A stretch of DNA of 64,000 bases from Elusimicrobiota bacterium (GCA_043819795.1 JBDREN010000095.1:2047-66046); one strand, 5' to 3'. Counted from the first letter of the stretch, positions 8,978 through 18,747 are shown. Notes: generated by a model not told the origin, from the letters alone. Made by a program: numbers and translations.

Positions 8978-11900
8978 CGGACATCCCCATCAAACGCAGG
9001 ATGCCCCGCACCGGGATATGCGCCCACGCGGGCCGGTTATTGATCTCGTAGCGCAGCTCGTAGAAGGCCTTCTCAAGCAGGTGGAGGTCCAGAAGCGTCT
9101 TGAACTCCGCGAGGTCTTTCGGCAAAAAAGACCCGCCGCCGGCTGCCTCTCGATATGCGCTCAAGAAGGCCGCGCCGACCCTGTCGCTCCAGAACCGCGC
9201 CCAAGTCATCAGGTGTCCCGCGTCCTCTGGCCGGATGACGGCTCCTTCGACGCCGGCGGTCAGGGCGGCGTAGGCGGCGTAATCGAAGGAGCGGAGCATG
9301 CCCGCCACGTCCTTGAGGGGACTGCGCTTGAGCCGCCGGGTTGTGACGGAGCGGGCTGGTTCTCCCTCGAAATCGATGATCACGAAGTCGTTGCCGGAGC
9401 GCAGCACCTGCCCGAGATGGTAGTCTCCGTGGCAGCGCGTCAGCATGGCCGTGATGCGCCGGTCCCTGATCTCGCGGAACCTGTTCCGTATCGCGCGCTC
9501 CATCCCGGCCACGCGGACCGCGTCCCCGCGTATGTCCTCCGGGATCGTCCGCAGGCGCTGGCGAAGGATGCGCAGGGCCTCGGAGGCCTGGGATACCATC
9601 CCGTGATAAACGGACTTGCGGAAGAAATCGGTGAAAGGCTCCGGCATGAAAGCCTCGTCGTCTCCCGAAGACAACGCGACGTGCATCTCGGCCGTGCGCC
9701 GCCCGAGAAGGACTGCCTCGTCGAGATAGGGGCCGATGAGAGCCGTGGCCTCCGTGGGAGCCTCGGCGAAGAGCGCATCCGGAAGCGGCCGCGCCGGCTC
9801 GGGAGGGCTTTGGGGGCCGGGCCTCTCGGATTCCGAGAATGAAGCCAGCACCCTCTCGAAATACTGCCCCAAGGCGTCCAACGAGAATCGCCAAGCGTCG
9901 CCCGCGTTCTTGACCGCCCCCTGGAGCACGGCCACGGAGGCGGTCCTGCCGTCCTCCTGGTACTCCAGCCAGCCGGCCAGGGGCGCGGCATGAGGGAAGC
10001 CGCCTTTTCTTGCCAGGAAGCGCCCGATCTCGAGCTCGGGGCTCACCCCCCGCTCCAGGCGGCGGATGATCTTCATGATGAACCGGTCGCCGAAGACGAT
10101 GGAGGTGTTGGACTGCTCGGCGCCCAGGAGTTCGGGCTCCAAGGTCTTCTTGGGGTCGCCCCGCAGGGCGCGGAAGGCCTTGTTTGAGACGGCCAGCATG
10201 CTCCCCCGGGTTCCCTTCAGGCGCCGCCGCTTTTCCATCGCGCTCAAGAGCGAGAGGCAGAACTCCCGTTCGAGCGAGGCGTCGTAGAGTATGCCTTCAT
10301 CCTCGCCGTGCCGGAGGGTCGCGATGACGGCCTTGGGACGGTCCCCCGCCAGCCCGCGGGCCCGCTCTCCCCAAGCGAGCGCCAGAGGCAGGATGTAGGT
10401 GTCCGGCTCTCCCTCGCGGCAAACGGCCTCCACCAGCGCCAGGCGCGCCGGTTCCGCTCCGGGCCCGGCGGGCGCTGCCCGCGGGCCGCGCGGCATCGCG
10501 ATCACATCCGAGACCCTGACGGATTTGAGGCCCCGCGACTTGGCCCCGAACCATCTCTGCCGGTTCAAGTAGCCGGGCAAGATCCGCTCGAACGCCGTCA
10601 GCCCCTTTCCCGCGAAAAGGGAGCCGAAACCGTCGCAGGCCAACTCGGGCGGCTTCGAGCCGGCGGTCTTCCCGGCGTCCGCGAAAGGCACCGCGGCCTC
10701 GATCTTCTCGACCGAGAACAGATAGAACGAATGGGGGCCCAGAGTGACGAAGTAGGGCAGCTCGCCGATGGGGGGAAACTCGGTCTGGCCGAACATCTCC
10801 ACGGGCACCATATCCTTGAACTGCGAGAGATCGAGCTCCACGCACTGCACGAACCGCGAGAGGTTGGCCACGACCAGGATCGTCTCGTCGGCCAGCCGGC
10901 GGACGAAAGCCAGGACCTTGCGGTTCTCGGGCCGCAGGAACTCGATCGTCCCGCGGCTCAAGGACGGACAGCGCTTGCGCAAGGCGATGAGCCGCTTCGT
11001 CCACCACAGCAGGGACTGGGGGTTGCGCTGCTGGTCCTCCACGTTGCGCGCTTCGTAGTGGTATTCGGCGTCGGTGACCAGCGGCAGAAACAGCCGCTGC
11101 GTCGGCGCCCGGGAGAAGCCAGCGTTGCGGTCCGCGCTCCACTGCATGGGCGTGCGCACGCCATTGCGGTCGCCCAGATAGATGTTGTCGCCCATGCCCA
11201 GCTCGTCGCCGTAGTAGAGCACGGGCGTGCCGGGCATGGTGAAGAGCAGGCCTTTGAGAAGCTCGATCTTGCGCCGGTTGCCGCCCAGCAGCGGCGCCAG
11301 CCGCCTGCGGATGCCCAGGTTGATGCGCATCTGGGGATCGTTCGCGTAGGTCCGGTACATGTAGTCGCGGTCCTCGTCGGTGACCATCTCCAAAGTCAGC
11401 TCGTCATGGTTGCGCAGGAACAGGGCCCACTGGCAGGATTCGGGGATGGGCGGGGTCTGCTCCAGGATGTCCACGATGGGATGCCGGTCCTCCATGCGCA
11501 GGCTGATAAAGAGTCTCGGCATAAGGGGAAAGTGAAAGCACACATGGCTCTCGTCTCCGTCTCCGAAGTAGGCCACCGCGTCGTCCGGCCATTGGTTGGC
11601 CTCGGCCAGGAGCATGCGGTCCCGGAACTTCTCGTCCACGTGCTTGCGCAGCTGCTTGAGATAGGCGTGCGTCTCGGGGAGGTTCTCGCAGTCCGTGCGC
11701 GCCTTCTCGAAGAGATAGGGCACCGCGTCCAGGCGCATGCCGTCGACGCCCATCCCCATCCAGAAGTCGACGACCTTCAGCACCGCCTTGCGCACATGCG
11801 GGTTCTCGAAGTTGAGATCCGGTTGGTGGGAGTAGAAGCGGTGCCAGTAGTAGGCCTCGGCTACGGGGTCCCAGGCCCAGTTGGAGTGCTCGTAGTCCTT

Positions 11901-12359
11901 GAAGATGATCCGGGCTTCCTGGTACTTTTCGGGAGTCTTGCTCCACACGTAATACTTGCGCGCCGGGCTTCCGGGCTTGGCCCTACGGGCCTTTTGGAAC
12001 CAGGGGTGCTGCTCCGACGTGTGGTTGATGACGAGCTCCGTGATCACGCGCAGACCCCGCCGATGGGCTTCGGCGAGGAATATCTTGAAATCTTTCAGCG
12101 TGCCATAGGAGGGATGGATGGACGTATAGTCCGCGATGTCGTAGCCGTCGTCCTTCAGGGGCGAGGGGTAGAACGGCAGGAGCCACAGGGCCGTGACGCC
12201 CAGGTCCTTGAGATAGTCCAGCTTGGAGCTCAGGCCGCGGAAGTCGCCGACGCCGTCGTTGTTGCCGTCGCAGAAGCTGCGGACGTGCAGCTCGTATATG
12301 ACGGCGTCCTTGTACCACAACGGCTCTCTCTCGAGCCGGGCCGCCTTCGTCTTGCTCAT
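8922..12359 (-). CDS. treS: trehalose synthase fused to maltokinase (TreS::Pep2)
   Basis: Trimmed to ATG 12359 (MSKTKAARLEREPLWYKDAVIYELHVRSF...). TreS blocks DGYDIADY and VINHTSEQHPWF. The C-terminal half carries a kinase-like HGDYHLGQVL...IIDFEGEP (maltokinase). ATGA overlap with the glgE stop. Confidence 0.9.
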   Translation of the reverse strand: MSKTKAARLEREPLWYKDAVIYELHVRSFCDGNNDGVGDFRGLSSKLDYLKDLGVTALWLLPFYPSPLKDDGYDIADYTSIHPSYGTLKDFKIFLAEAHRRGLRVITELVINHTSEQHPWFQKARRAKPGSPARKYYVWSKTPEKYQEARIIFKDYEHSNWAWDPVAEAYYWHRFYSHQPDLNFENPHVRKAVLKVVDFWMGMGVDGMRLDAVPYLFEKARTDCENLPETHAYLKQLRKHVDEKFRDRMLLAEANQWPDDAVAYFGDGDESHVCFHFPLMPRLFISLRMEDRHPIVDILEQTPPIPESCQWALFLRNHDELTLEMVTDEDRDYMYRTYANDPQMRINLGIRRRLAPLLGGNRRKIELLKGLLFTMPGTPVLYYGDELGMGDNIYLGDRNGVRTPMQWSADRNAGFSRAPTQRLFLPLVTDAEYHYEARNVEDQQRNPQSLLWWTKRLIALRKRCPSLSRGTIEFLRPENRKVLAFVRRLADETILVVANLSRFVQCVELDLSQFKDMVPVEMFGQTEFPPIGELPYFVTLGPHSFYLFSVEKIEAAVPFADAGKTAGSKPPELACDGFGSLFAGKGLTAFERILPGYLNRQRWFGAKSRGLKSVRVSDVIAMPRGPRAAPAGPGAEPARLALVEAVCREGEPDTYILPLALAWGERARGLAGDRPKAVIATLRHGEDEGILYDASLEREFCLSLLSAMEKRRRLKGTRGSMLAVSNKAFRALRGDPKKTLEPELLGAEQSNTSIVFGDRFIMKIIRRLERGVSPELEIGRFLARKGGFPHAAPLAGWLEYQEDGRTASVAVLQGAVKNAGDAWRFSLDALGQYFERVLASFSESERPGPQSPPEPARPLPDALFAEAPTEATALIGPYLDEAVLLGRRTAEMHVALSSGDDEAFMPEPFTDFFRKSVYHGMVSQASEALRILRQRLRTIPEDIRGDAVRVAGMERAIRNRFREIRDRRITAMLTRCHGDYHLGQVLRSGNDFVIIDFEGEPARSVTTRRLKRSPLKDVAGMLRSFDYAAYAALTAGVEGAVIRPEDAGHLMTWARFWSDRVGAAFLSAYREAAGGGSFLPKDLAEFKTLLDLHLLEKAFYELRYEINNRPAWAHIPVRGILRLMGMSDEDPIDDSKEPGAPEPAD

Positions 12360-14422
12360 GGTCGGTGGCCGGAGCCCGTCCCGGCGTCGACCGCGGGCCG
12401 CACCAGGAATATGTGGGCCGGGCACGCCTCCGGCCGGAGCTCCACATAGTTGCGCGGGCCCTGCCAGAGGTAGCGGGCGTCGGTCAGAAGGTCATGCATC
12501 CGATACGGCCGTCCCGGGTCAAGCCCAAGCTCGTCCAGGCGCAGGTCCGTCCAGCCGGACTGTTTGTGATGCGGGTCCAGGTTCACGGCGGCCAGGACGA
12601 CGTCGTCGCCGGCGCGCTTACTGTAGCAGATGATCTCGTCGTTGTCCACGCGGTGGAAGCGGAGGCTCCAGTCGCTCTGAAGGGCGGGGTGCTCGCGTCG
12701 GATGCGGTTGACGCGCGCGATCAGGTCCTTGAGGCTGTCCGGCCTGTCCAGATCCCAGCGCCGGATCTCGTACTTCTCCGAGTCCAGATACTCCTCCCGT
12801 CCCCGGGCGAGGGGGCGGTTCTCGCAGAGCTCGAAGGCCGGCCCGTAGATCCCGTAGCTGGCCCCGAGCGTGGCCGCCAGGACGAAGCGCGCCATAAAGG
12901 CCGGCCTGCCGCCGGACTGCAGATACTCCGTCAGGATGTCCGGCGTGTTCGTCCAAAAGCTCGGCCGAAAGTACTCCCGGACGGGGCTCTGCGCGAGCTC
13001 CGTGAGGTACTCGGTGAGCTCGAGCTTCGTGTTCCGCCACGGAAAATAGTTGTAGGACTGGGTGAAGCCGAGCTGCGCGAGATGATACTTGACCTTGGGC
13101 CGCGTGAACGCCTCGGACAGGAAGATGGCGTCCGGGTAGCTCCGCCGGAGGTCGCGGATGAGCCATTCCCAGAACGCGAACGGCTTCGTATGCGGGTTGT
13201 CCACGCGGAAGATGCGGACGCCCTCCTCTGCCCAGAAGACGAATATGCTCTTGAGCTCCAGCCACAAAGCCCGCCAATCGGCGCACTCGAAGTCGAATGG
13301 ATAGATGTCCTCGTACTTCTTGGGCGGGTTCTCGGCGTATTGCACGCTTCCGTCCGGCCTGTGCCGGAACCAGGACGGATGCTCGCGCACGTAGGGGTGA
13401 TCCGGAGAGCACTGGAACGCGATATCCAAGGCCACCTCGATGCCGAGCTCCCCGGCCTTCCGGAGCAGGCCGCGGAAGTCCTCGATGGTCCCAAGCTGCG
13501 GATGGAGGGACTTGTGCCCCCCCTCCTCGGCGCCCATGGCCCAGGGGCTGCCCGGATCCCGCGGGCCCGCGACAAGGGCGTTGTTCCCTCCCTTCCGGTG
13601 CGTGCGGCCTATCGGATGGATCGGCGGAAGATAGAGGACGTCGAAGCCCATGGCGGCCACATAGGACAGCCGCTGGGCGCAGTCCCGGAAGGCGCCGTGG
13701 CCGCCCCCCTCCGGGGCGCACGAGCGGGGAAACATCTCGTACCAGGACCCGAATCGCGCTCTCTCCCGCTCTACCCATACCTCGTATTCCATGCTCCGCG
13801 CCGAGGAGAGGCGCCTCTCGGAGTATCTCCCGGCGATCTCCGCGAGGCCGGGATCCATGGCCCGCCGGGCCCGATCCCCCGCCGGAGTCCGCCCGACGCG
13901 CAGCTCCGCGGCCCAATCCTTGAGCCGCCGCGCGTCCTGACCGGAGGCGCGGGCCGCGGCCTGCTCGATCCACTTCGCCCCGATCAGAAGCTCCGTGGAC
14001 ACGTCCTGTCCCGCCCCGAGGCGCCTTTGCAGGTCCCGAAGCCAGCCGCGCAGGGGATCGGTCCACGCGCGAAGGGCATAGCGGTAGCCGCCCAGCTCGG
14101 TCACCCGGAACTCGGCCCGCCAGCGGTCGTTGCCGAGCGGCTCCAGCGGCGCGCGGGACCACCGCTTCCCGGCCTCGTGGCGGTAGACCAGCATGCCGGA
14201 AATCGCGTCGTGTCCGTCCGCGAAGATATCAGCCTCGACGCGCACCGTCTCGCCGCCCGTGCGCTTGACGGGGAAACGCCCCCCCTCCACCCGGGGAGAG
14301 ACATTCTTGATCACGACCCGTTTCCTTCCGCCTTGAACCGGGAGCTCCGCGGAGCGGCGGTTCGGTACGCCGGCCGTTCTGGGTCCTTGTCCCCTCATGG
14401 AACGCCTCGAAGATGGGTGCAC
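12356..14422 (-). CDS. glgE: alpha-1,4-glucan:maltose-1-phosphate maltosyltransferase (GlgE)
   Basis: 688-aa ORF with VIKNVSPRVEGGRFPVKR...VEADIFADGHDAISGMLVYRH...GNDRWRAEF...YRYALRAWTDP, which is typical of the GlgE N-domain, plus a GH13 core. Start uncertain (ATG 14422 or 14398). Confidence 0.85.
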   Translation of the reverse strand: MHPSSRRSMRGQGPRTAGVPNRRSAELPVQGGRKRVVIKNVSPRVEGGRFPVKRTGGETVRVEADIFADGHDAISGMLVYRHEAGKRWSRAPLEPLGNDRWRAEFRVTELGGYRYALRAWTDPLRGWLRDLQRRLGAGQDVSTELLIGAKWIEQAAARASGQDARRLKDWAAELRVGRTPAGDRARRAMDPGLAEIAGRYSERRLSSARSMEYEVWVERERARFGSWYEMFPRSCAPEGGGHGAFRDCAQRLSYVAAMGFDVLYLPPIHPIGRTHRKGGNNALVAGPRDPGSPWAMGAEEGGHKSLHPQLGTIEDFRGLLRKAGELGIEVALDIAFQCSPDHPYVREHPSWFRHRPDGSVQYAENPPKKYEDIYPFDFECADWRALWLELKSIFVFWAEEGVRIFRVDNPHTKPFAFWEWLIRDLRRSYPDAIFLSEAFTRPKVKYHLAQLGFTQSYNYFPWRNTKLELTEYLTELAQSPVREYFRPSFWTNTPDILTEYLQSGGRPAFMARFVLAATLGASYGIYGPAFELCENRPLARGREEYLDSEKYEIRRWDLDRPDSLKDLIARVNRIRREHPALQSDWSLRFHRVDNDEIICYSKRAGDDVVLAAVNLDPHHKQSGWTDLRLDELGLDPGRPYRMHDLLTDARYLWQGPRNYVELRPEACPAHIFLVRPAVDAGTGSGHRP

Positions 14423-14472
14423 ACTAGATTATAGGCTCTTTGAGATCGGCCGACAACCGCGGCGAGGGCATG

Positions 14473-16026
14473 TCATTGGCGGGGTCCCGCGGCCGAGCCG
14501 TCCCGGCGCGGGTCCGCCACGCCGATGAAGCTGTCCTTCTCGCGCATCACGAGCTGTACGGAGCCCAGATAGAACGAGTAGGGCTCGCGCACATCGATCG
14601 TGAAGCCCCGGCTCTCCAACGCGCGCGGGATGTCGTCGCGCATGCGCGAGGCCTCCAGAGACACCGTGCCGTCCAGGGCGCAGTACAGACGCGGCGCGGC
14701 GACCGCCTCGTAGGGCTGCTGTCGCCTGAGCCTCAAAAGCACCTGGAGGATGACGGGGGTGATGCGCTCGCTCCCGGGCGACCCGATGGCGAGCCTCGGC
14801 CGCTTGCCCCGCATCAGGATCGTCGGAGCCACGCTCGCCCATGGGGCGGCGTTGGGCCGCAGGTAGTAGGGATGCGAGATATCATCGTACTCGAAGTCGC
14901 TCATGTAGTTGTTGTATAGGAACCCCAGCTCGGGATGCGCCTCGCACGCCCCGAAGGGCCGCTCGATGGATTGAGTAAGCGCGACGGCGTTGCCCCACCG
15001 GTCCATCACTGACAGGTGGGTGGTCTCACCGCGGCGCTCGAAGCGGCTCCGGACCTGCCGCGCGACGAGCTTGGCGTAGCGGGGATTCAGCATCCGCTTG
15101 TCCTCGACCTGCGCGTAGTAGCTCGGGTCGAACGGCCGGTCGTTCCTGTCGAGAAAAGCGCGGCGTATGACCTCCGCCAGGAGCAGGGCGCCCTCGGGAG
15201 AGTCCGGATCCCACCGCTTGCCCGCCAGGTGCTGGAAGACGTTGAGCATGAGGACCAGCGTCCGGCCCGCTCCGGGCGGAGGGAAGGTGAATACCCTTTC
15301 GGTCCCGAACCGCGCCGTCAAGGGCCTGCGCTCGATCGGGCGCGGTATGCGCGCGAGATCGTCTCTTCGGATAAGCCCTCCGTTGCGAACCATATCATCA
15401 TGGATCATCCGCGCGATCCGCCCCCGGTAGAAGTCGTTGAGTCCCTCCTTCGCCAGGCGACGCAGCGTGGCCGCAAGCACCGGCTGGCGGAATCGGGCGC
15501 CCGCGGGATACGACCTCTGTCCGCCTTTCAAGAATATCCGTCCCGCCGAGCCGCTCCGCAGGTGCTTGAGCTCGCGCTTGGCCAGCGCATGCTGGAGCGG
15601 GGTTATCTCGCACCCCTCCTCGGCGAGCCGTATGGCGGGCCGCAGAACGTCCGCGCGCTTGCGGGTCCCGTAGCGCCGGAGGGCGTAGGCCAGCACCGCC
15701 GGAGTGCTCGGGACGGTCGTCGCCTTGTAGCCCCGCCGGCGCTCGGGATTGCTGAGCGCCTCCACCGTGGCCCGGTTCGGGGCGCGCGAGGACCCGTCCA
15801 AAGCCACCACCCGGCGGGACGCCGCATGGTGGAGGAGCATCATGGTCTGGCCGCCGAGTCCCGAAGCGGCGGGCTCGCAGACTCCCAGAGCGAAAGCCGC
15901 GGCCACGGCCGCGTCCACCGCGTTGGCGCCGGCCTCCAGGAGCTCCACAGCGGCTTCGGTGGCGCGGTAATGAGCGGTCGCCGCCATCCCGTTCCGGGAG
16001 ATCGCCAGACGCTGAGGCCTGAACAC
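14473..16026 (-). CDS. ggt: gamma-glutamyltranspeptidase family protein, no signal peptide visible
   Basis: Reads NGMAATAHYRATEAAVELLEAGANAVDAAVAAAFALGVCEPAASGLGGQ and has the autoprocessing nucleophile context GETTHLSVMD. ORF 14473-16212 trimmed to GTG 16026 to remove the overlap with the upstream gene (ATG 15987 is also possible). Confidence 0.8.
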   Translation of the reverse strand: MFRPQRLAISRNGMAATAHYRATEAAVELLEAGANAVDAAVAAAFALGVCEPAASGLGGQTMMLLHHAASRRVVALDGSSRAPNRATVEALSNPERRRGYKATTVPSTPAVLAYALRRYGTRKRADVLRPAIRLAEEGCEITPLQHALAKRELKHLRSGSAGRIFLKGGQRSYPAGARFRQPVLAATLRRLAKEGLNDFYRGRIARMIHDDMVRNGGLIRRDDLARIPRPIERRPLTARFGTERVFTFPPPGAGRTLVLMLNVFQHLAGKRWDPDSPEGALLLAEVIRRAFLDRNDRPFDPSYYAQVEDKRMLNPRYAKLVARQVRSRFERRGETTHLSVMDRWGNAVALTQSIERPFGACEAHPELGFLYNNYMSDFEYDDISHPYYLRPNAAPWASVAPTILMRGKRPRLAIGSPGSERITPVILQVLLRLRRQQPYEAVAAPRLYCALDGTVSLEASRMRDDIPRALESRGFTIDVREPYSFYLGSVQLVMREKDSFIGVADPRRDGSAAGPRQ

Positions 16027-16091
16027 CCGCCGAGGGATCGGGTCCGGCTCTTCGTCCCCCTGACGGCGCTCAGGCCGGCGCTCTTCCCGCG

Positions 16092-18242
16092 TCAATCCCC
16101 CAGCTCCCGCGCCAGAAACTCCGCGAGGAGCAGCGTCCGCTGCACCAGGCTGATCCTGGACACCGACTCCTGCGGCGTGTACAAGTCGGCGGCGACGGGC
16201 CCCACGCCGCACAGCACCCCTTTCGACCTCGGCACGTACCCCCCGGCCGACGGCAGCGCGGAGGACTCCCGCCTAATCGGGATCTCCCATTTCGACGCCA
16301 CGTCGGTGAAGGCCTTTAGGAGACCGGCGCTGGCCCTGCGCTCGAGCATGGAAGGCCGCTCGGCCACGAGGCTCATGCGCCCGTCGAACGGCCCGTCCTC
16401 CACGAGGTCGCGGATTCCCGCCTCCACCCGATCCGCCTCGCTCTCCAGAAGATAGGACATGAGCAGCGCGGCCGTGAGCCTGTGCGGGAGATACAGAGGG
16501 TACGACTTGACATCCATCGAGACCACCGCGGCCGCCACTTTCTTACTGGACGAACTGAACGAGGCGATCCGCTCCAGTCGCGATCCCAGCCAGCGGAGAG
16601 GGTCGCCCTTCGCGACGCTCCAGCTCAGCCGCCGGGGCTTGCCTTCGAGGGATATCCTGTAGCTCCTCTGCCCCCGACGCTGGGTGATCACGCAGTCCTC
16701 CGGACCTCCGGGGCGGAGGATCAGCACCTTCTTGGCCGCCGAGCAGGCTTTGCGCAGGATATCCGCGCTGTAGCGGCAGTCCCGGCCCTCGTCGAAGTAG
16801 TACGCGACGCCGAGCTTGAGCCCGCGCAGACGCTTCATCTGGCGCAGGGCGCGGAGCGCGAACTCCAGCATGACCAAAGGCGCGCGCGAGCAGCCCACGC
16901 CCTCTCCGAAGAGCTGCTCCGTCTCGCGCCGGAAAGGCTGATGGGGTATCCCCTCGGAGACCGGTACGTCGAGATGCCCCAGGAACAGGATGCCGTCCTG
17001 CAGCCCGCCTTTGGTCTGCCAGGTCCGGACCGACCGCTCGTCGCTCAGGGCGGCGACCGGCTTGAGCCCGAGCTGCGCCATGAGCCGCTCTACCTCCCTG
17101 GAGGCCTCATGAAGTCCGACGGGATCCCCGGTCCGGCTCGAGATCGCCGTCCAGTCCTGAAGGCGCCGCTCGATATGGTCCCGGCGGTCCGTAAGATAGG
17201 CGAACACCGCGTCCTGGGGATCTTCCGTCCGGACGTCGACGCTCGGAGGCTTCGGCGTCCCGAAATAGCGCGCGCTCGCCACCTCCACGAGACGGTTGAT
17301 GAGCGCCGTGAAATCCAGTCCAGCCGCCTTCGCCCCCTCGACGAAGGAGCCGTGCTCGCCCAGGCTCGGGAGGCTGTTCACTTCCAGGATGAAGAGGTTC
17401 CCTTCCTTGTCCAGCCGCATGTCGATGCGCGCGCAGTCATAGCAGCCCAGCGCGGAGAAGGCCTTTAGCCCCAGTTCCTTGGCGCGCGCCGCGAGCTCCT
17501 CTGTGAGCTCCGCAGGGCAGACGACGCCGATCTCCCGGCCCGACTTGCGGGTCTTGTCCTCATGGGTGTAAATGGGAGGCCCTTCCGTGCCGAAGACGAG
17601 CTCGGCGGGAGGCAGGGCCTCGGCCGGGCTGTTGCCCAGCACGCCGACGTTGATCTCGCGGCCCTCGATGTATCGTTCCACGAGGGCGGGCTGGGCGAAC
17701 TTCGACACGATCGCCTCGGCCCCTTCCCTGAGCTCGTCTTTGTTCCGCACGATCCTGAGGCCGAAAGAGACCGCCTCGTTCTTGGGCTTCACGATCAGAG
17801 GAAAGGGCAGCTCCGGCAAGTCGGCGCCGAGATCCTGAATCACGGCGAAATCGGGCGTGGGCAGGCCGTGCTGGCGGAAGAGCATCTTGGCGACCACCTT
17901 GTCGAGCGCCAGCGAGTGCGCCAGGGGCCCGGAGCCGACGTACGGGATGCCCACCATCTCCAGGATGCTCGGCACGTGGGTGTACCTGGCCTGCCCCTGG
18001 ATCCCGTAGGAGAGGTTGAATACCATGCCCGGACGCTCGCCCTTCAGCACCCGGGGCATGAAGGCGCCCAGCGTATCAATGAGGTCCTTGTCGCCCTCGA
18101 AGGCCTTGGCCTGATGCCCCCCCGCCTTCAGCGCGTCGAGGATGCGCCGGATGTTCGCGAGGCCGTATTTCTCCCTGTTCGGCACCCCGAAGAGGTTGAT
18201 GACCTTCTTGCTGTCCCGGTTGAAGACGACCGCTATCCTCAT
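16092..18242 (-). CDS. fusion protein: D-Ala-D-Ala-ligase-like ATP-grasp domain + M20-family peptidase-like domain
   Basis: 716-aa ORF. N-terminal ATP-grasp blocks: GIPYVGSGPLAHSLALDKVVAK, PLIVKPKNEAVSFGL, ERYIEGREINVGVLG, ARIDMRLDKEGNLFILEVNSLPSLG. C-terminal M20-like blocks: LFLGHLDVPV, GEGVGCSRAP, YYFDEGRDC. Confidence 0.75.
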   Translation of the reverse strand: MRIAVVFNRDSKKVINLFGVPNREKYGLANIRRILDALKAGGHQAKAFEGDKDLIDTLGAFMPRVLKGERPGMVFNLSYGIQGQARYTHVPSILEMVGIPYVGSGPLAHSLALDKVVAKMLFRQHGLPTPDFAVIQDLGADLPELPFPLIVKPKNEAVSFGLRIVRNKDELREGAEAIVSKFAQPALVERYIEGREINVGVLGNSPAEALPPAELVFGTEGPPIYTHEDKTRKSGREIGVVCPAELTEELAARAKELGLKAFSALGCYDCARIDMRLDKEGNLFILEVNSLPSLGEHGSFVEGAKAAGLDFTALINRLVEVASARYFGTPKPPSVDVRTEDPQDAVFAYLTDRRDHIERRLQDWTAISSRTGDPVGLHEASREVERLMAQLGLKPVAALSDERSVRTWQTKGGLQDGILFLGHLDVPVSEGIPHQPFRRETEQLFGEGVGCSRAPLVMLEFALRALRQMKRLRGLKLGVAYYFDEGRDCRYSADILRKACSAAKKVLILRPGGPEDCVITQRRGQRSYRISLEGKPRRLSWSVAKGDPLRWLGSRLERIASFSSSSKKVAAAVVSMDVKSYPLYLPHRLTAALLMSYLLESEADRVEAGIRDLVEDGPFDGRMSLVAERPSMLERRASAGLLKAFTDVASKWEIPIRRESSALPSAGGYVPRSKGVLCGVGPVAADLYTPQESVSRISLVQRTLLLAEFLARELGD

Positions 18243-18300
18243 CCACTCCTCCGCGCGTTCGCACCCGGCTCACGACGCGTCCTAAGTCCGGCTGTCCGCG

Positions 18301-18474
18301 TCACCGCTCGAGCCACTCCTCTGCCTGCACCCGGCCTTCGGCATCCTCCCCGGCCGCGCCCTCCCCCTCCGGGGCCGGGGCCGCGACCCCCGAGTCCACC
18401 GCCCCCCTTTTCTGGCAAGCGAAGAAAGCCAGCGCCAGGATCACCGTGAGCGCCCAACCGCCACGTTTCATCAT
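18301..18474 (-). CDS. 57-aa putative lipoprotein / small exported protein (sORF below the track cut-off)
   Basis: My translation: MMKRGGWALTVILALAFFACQKRGAVDSGVAAPAPEGEGAAGEDAEGRVQAEEWLER. GAGG Shine-Dalgarno sequence just upstream, signal-peptide-like N-terminus with a Cys (FFAC), TGA at 18301-18303. Lies 58 nt upstream of the ATP-grasp gene. Confidence 0.5.
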   Translation of the reverse strand: MMKRGGWALTVILALAFFACQKRGAVDSGVAAPAPEGEGAAGEDAEGRVQAEEWLER

Positions 18475-18599
18475 ACCTCATGTCCTCCCCGCGCGTCGAC
18501 CAGCCCGCCCGCGGGGTCGACGCGAAGCGCTCCGCGCCCCGCGCGCTCCGGCCGCCTCCCATCGCGGGCAACGACGCCGTCCGCTGACTGGCGCTCCTT

Positions 18600-18627
18600 G
18601 GAACGAATCTGTCATACTGTTATCGAG
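18600..18627 (+). promoter_or_regulatory. ECF (sigma-E-type) promoter candidate GGAACGA-N16-TCGAG
   Basis: GGAAC at 18600-18604 and TCGAG at 18623-18627, about 120 nt upstream of the ECF sigma ATG. This matches the GGAACTT-N16-TCnaA architecture of autoregulated ECF promoters. Confidence 0.5.
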
Positions 18628-18747
18628 CCAGCCAGCGTGGAGGTCGAAACGGACAATCCCACTACGCGGCGGGCCAGGAGAAGTTCCCGCGAGGCTCCGC
18701 CGGCGGTCTCCGGCGAGCGGGGAACTTCCCGACTCGAAATCCGTAGT

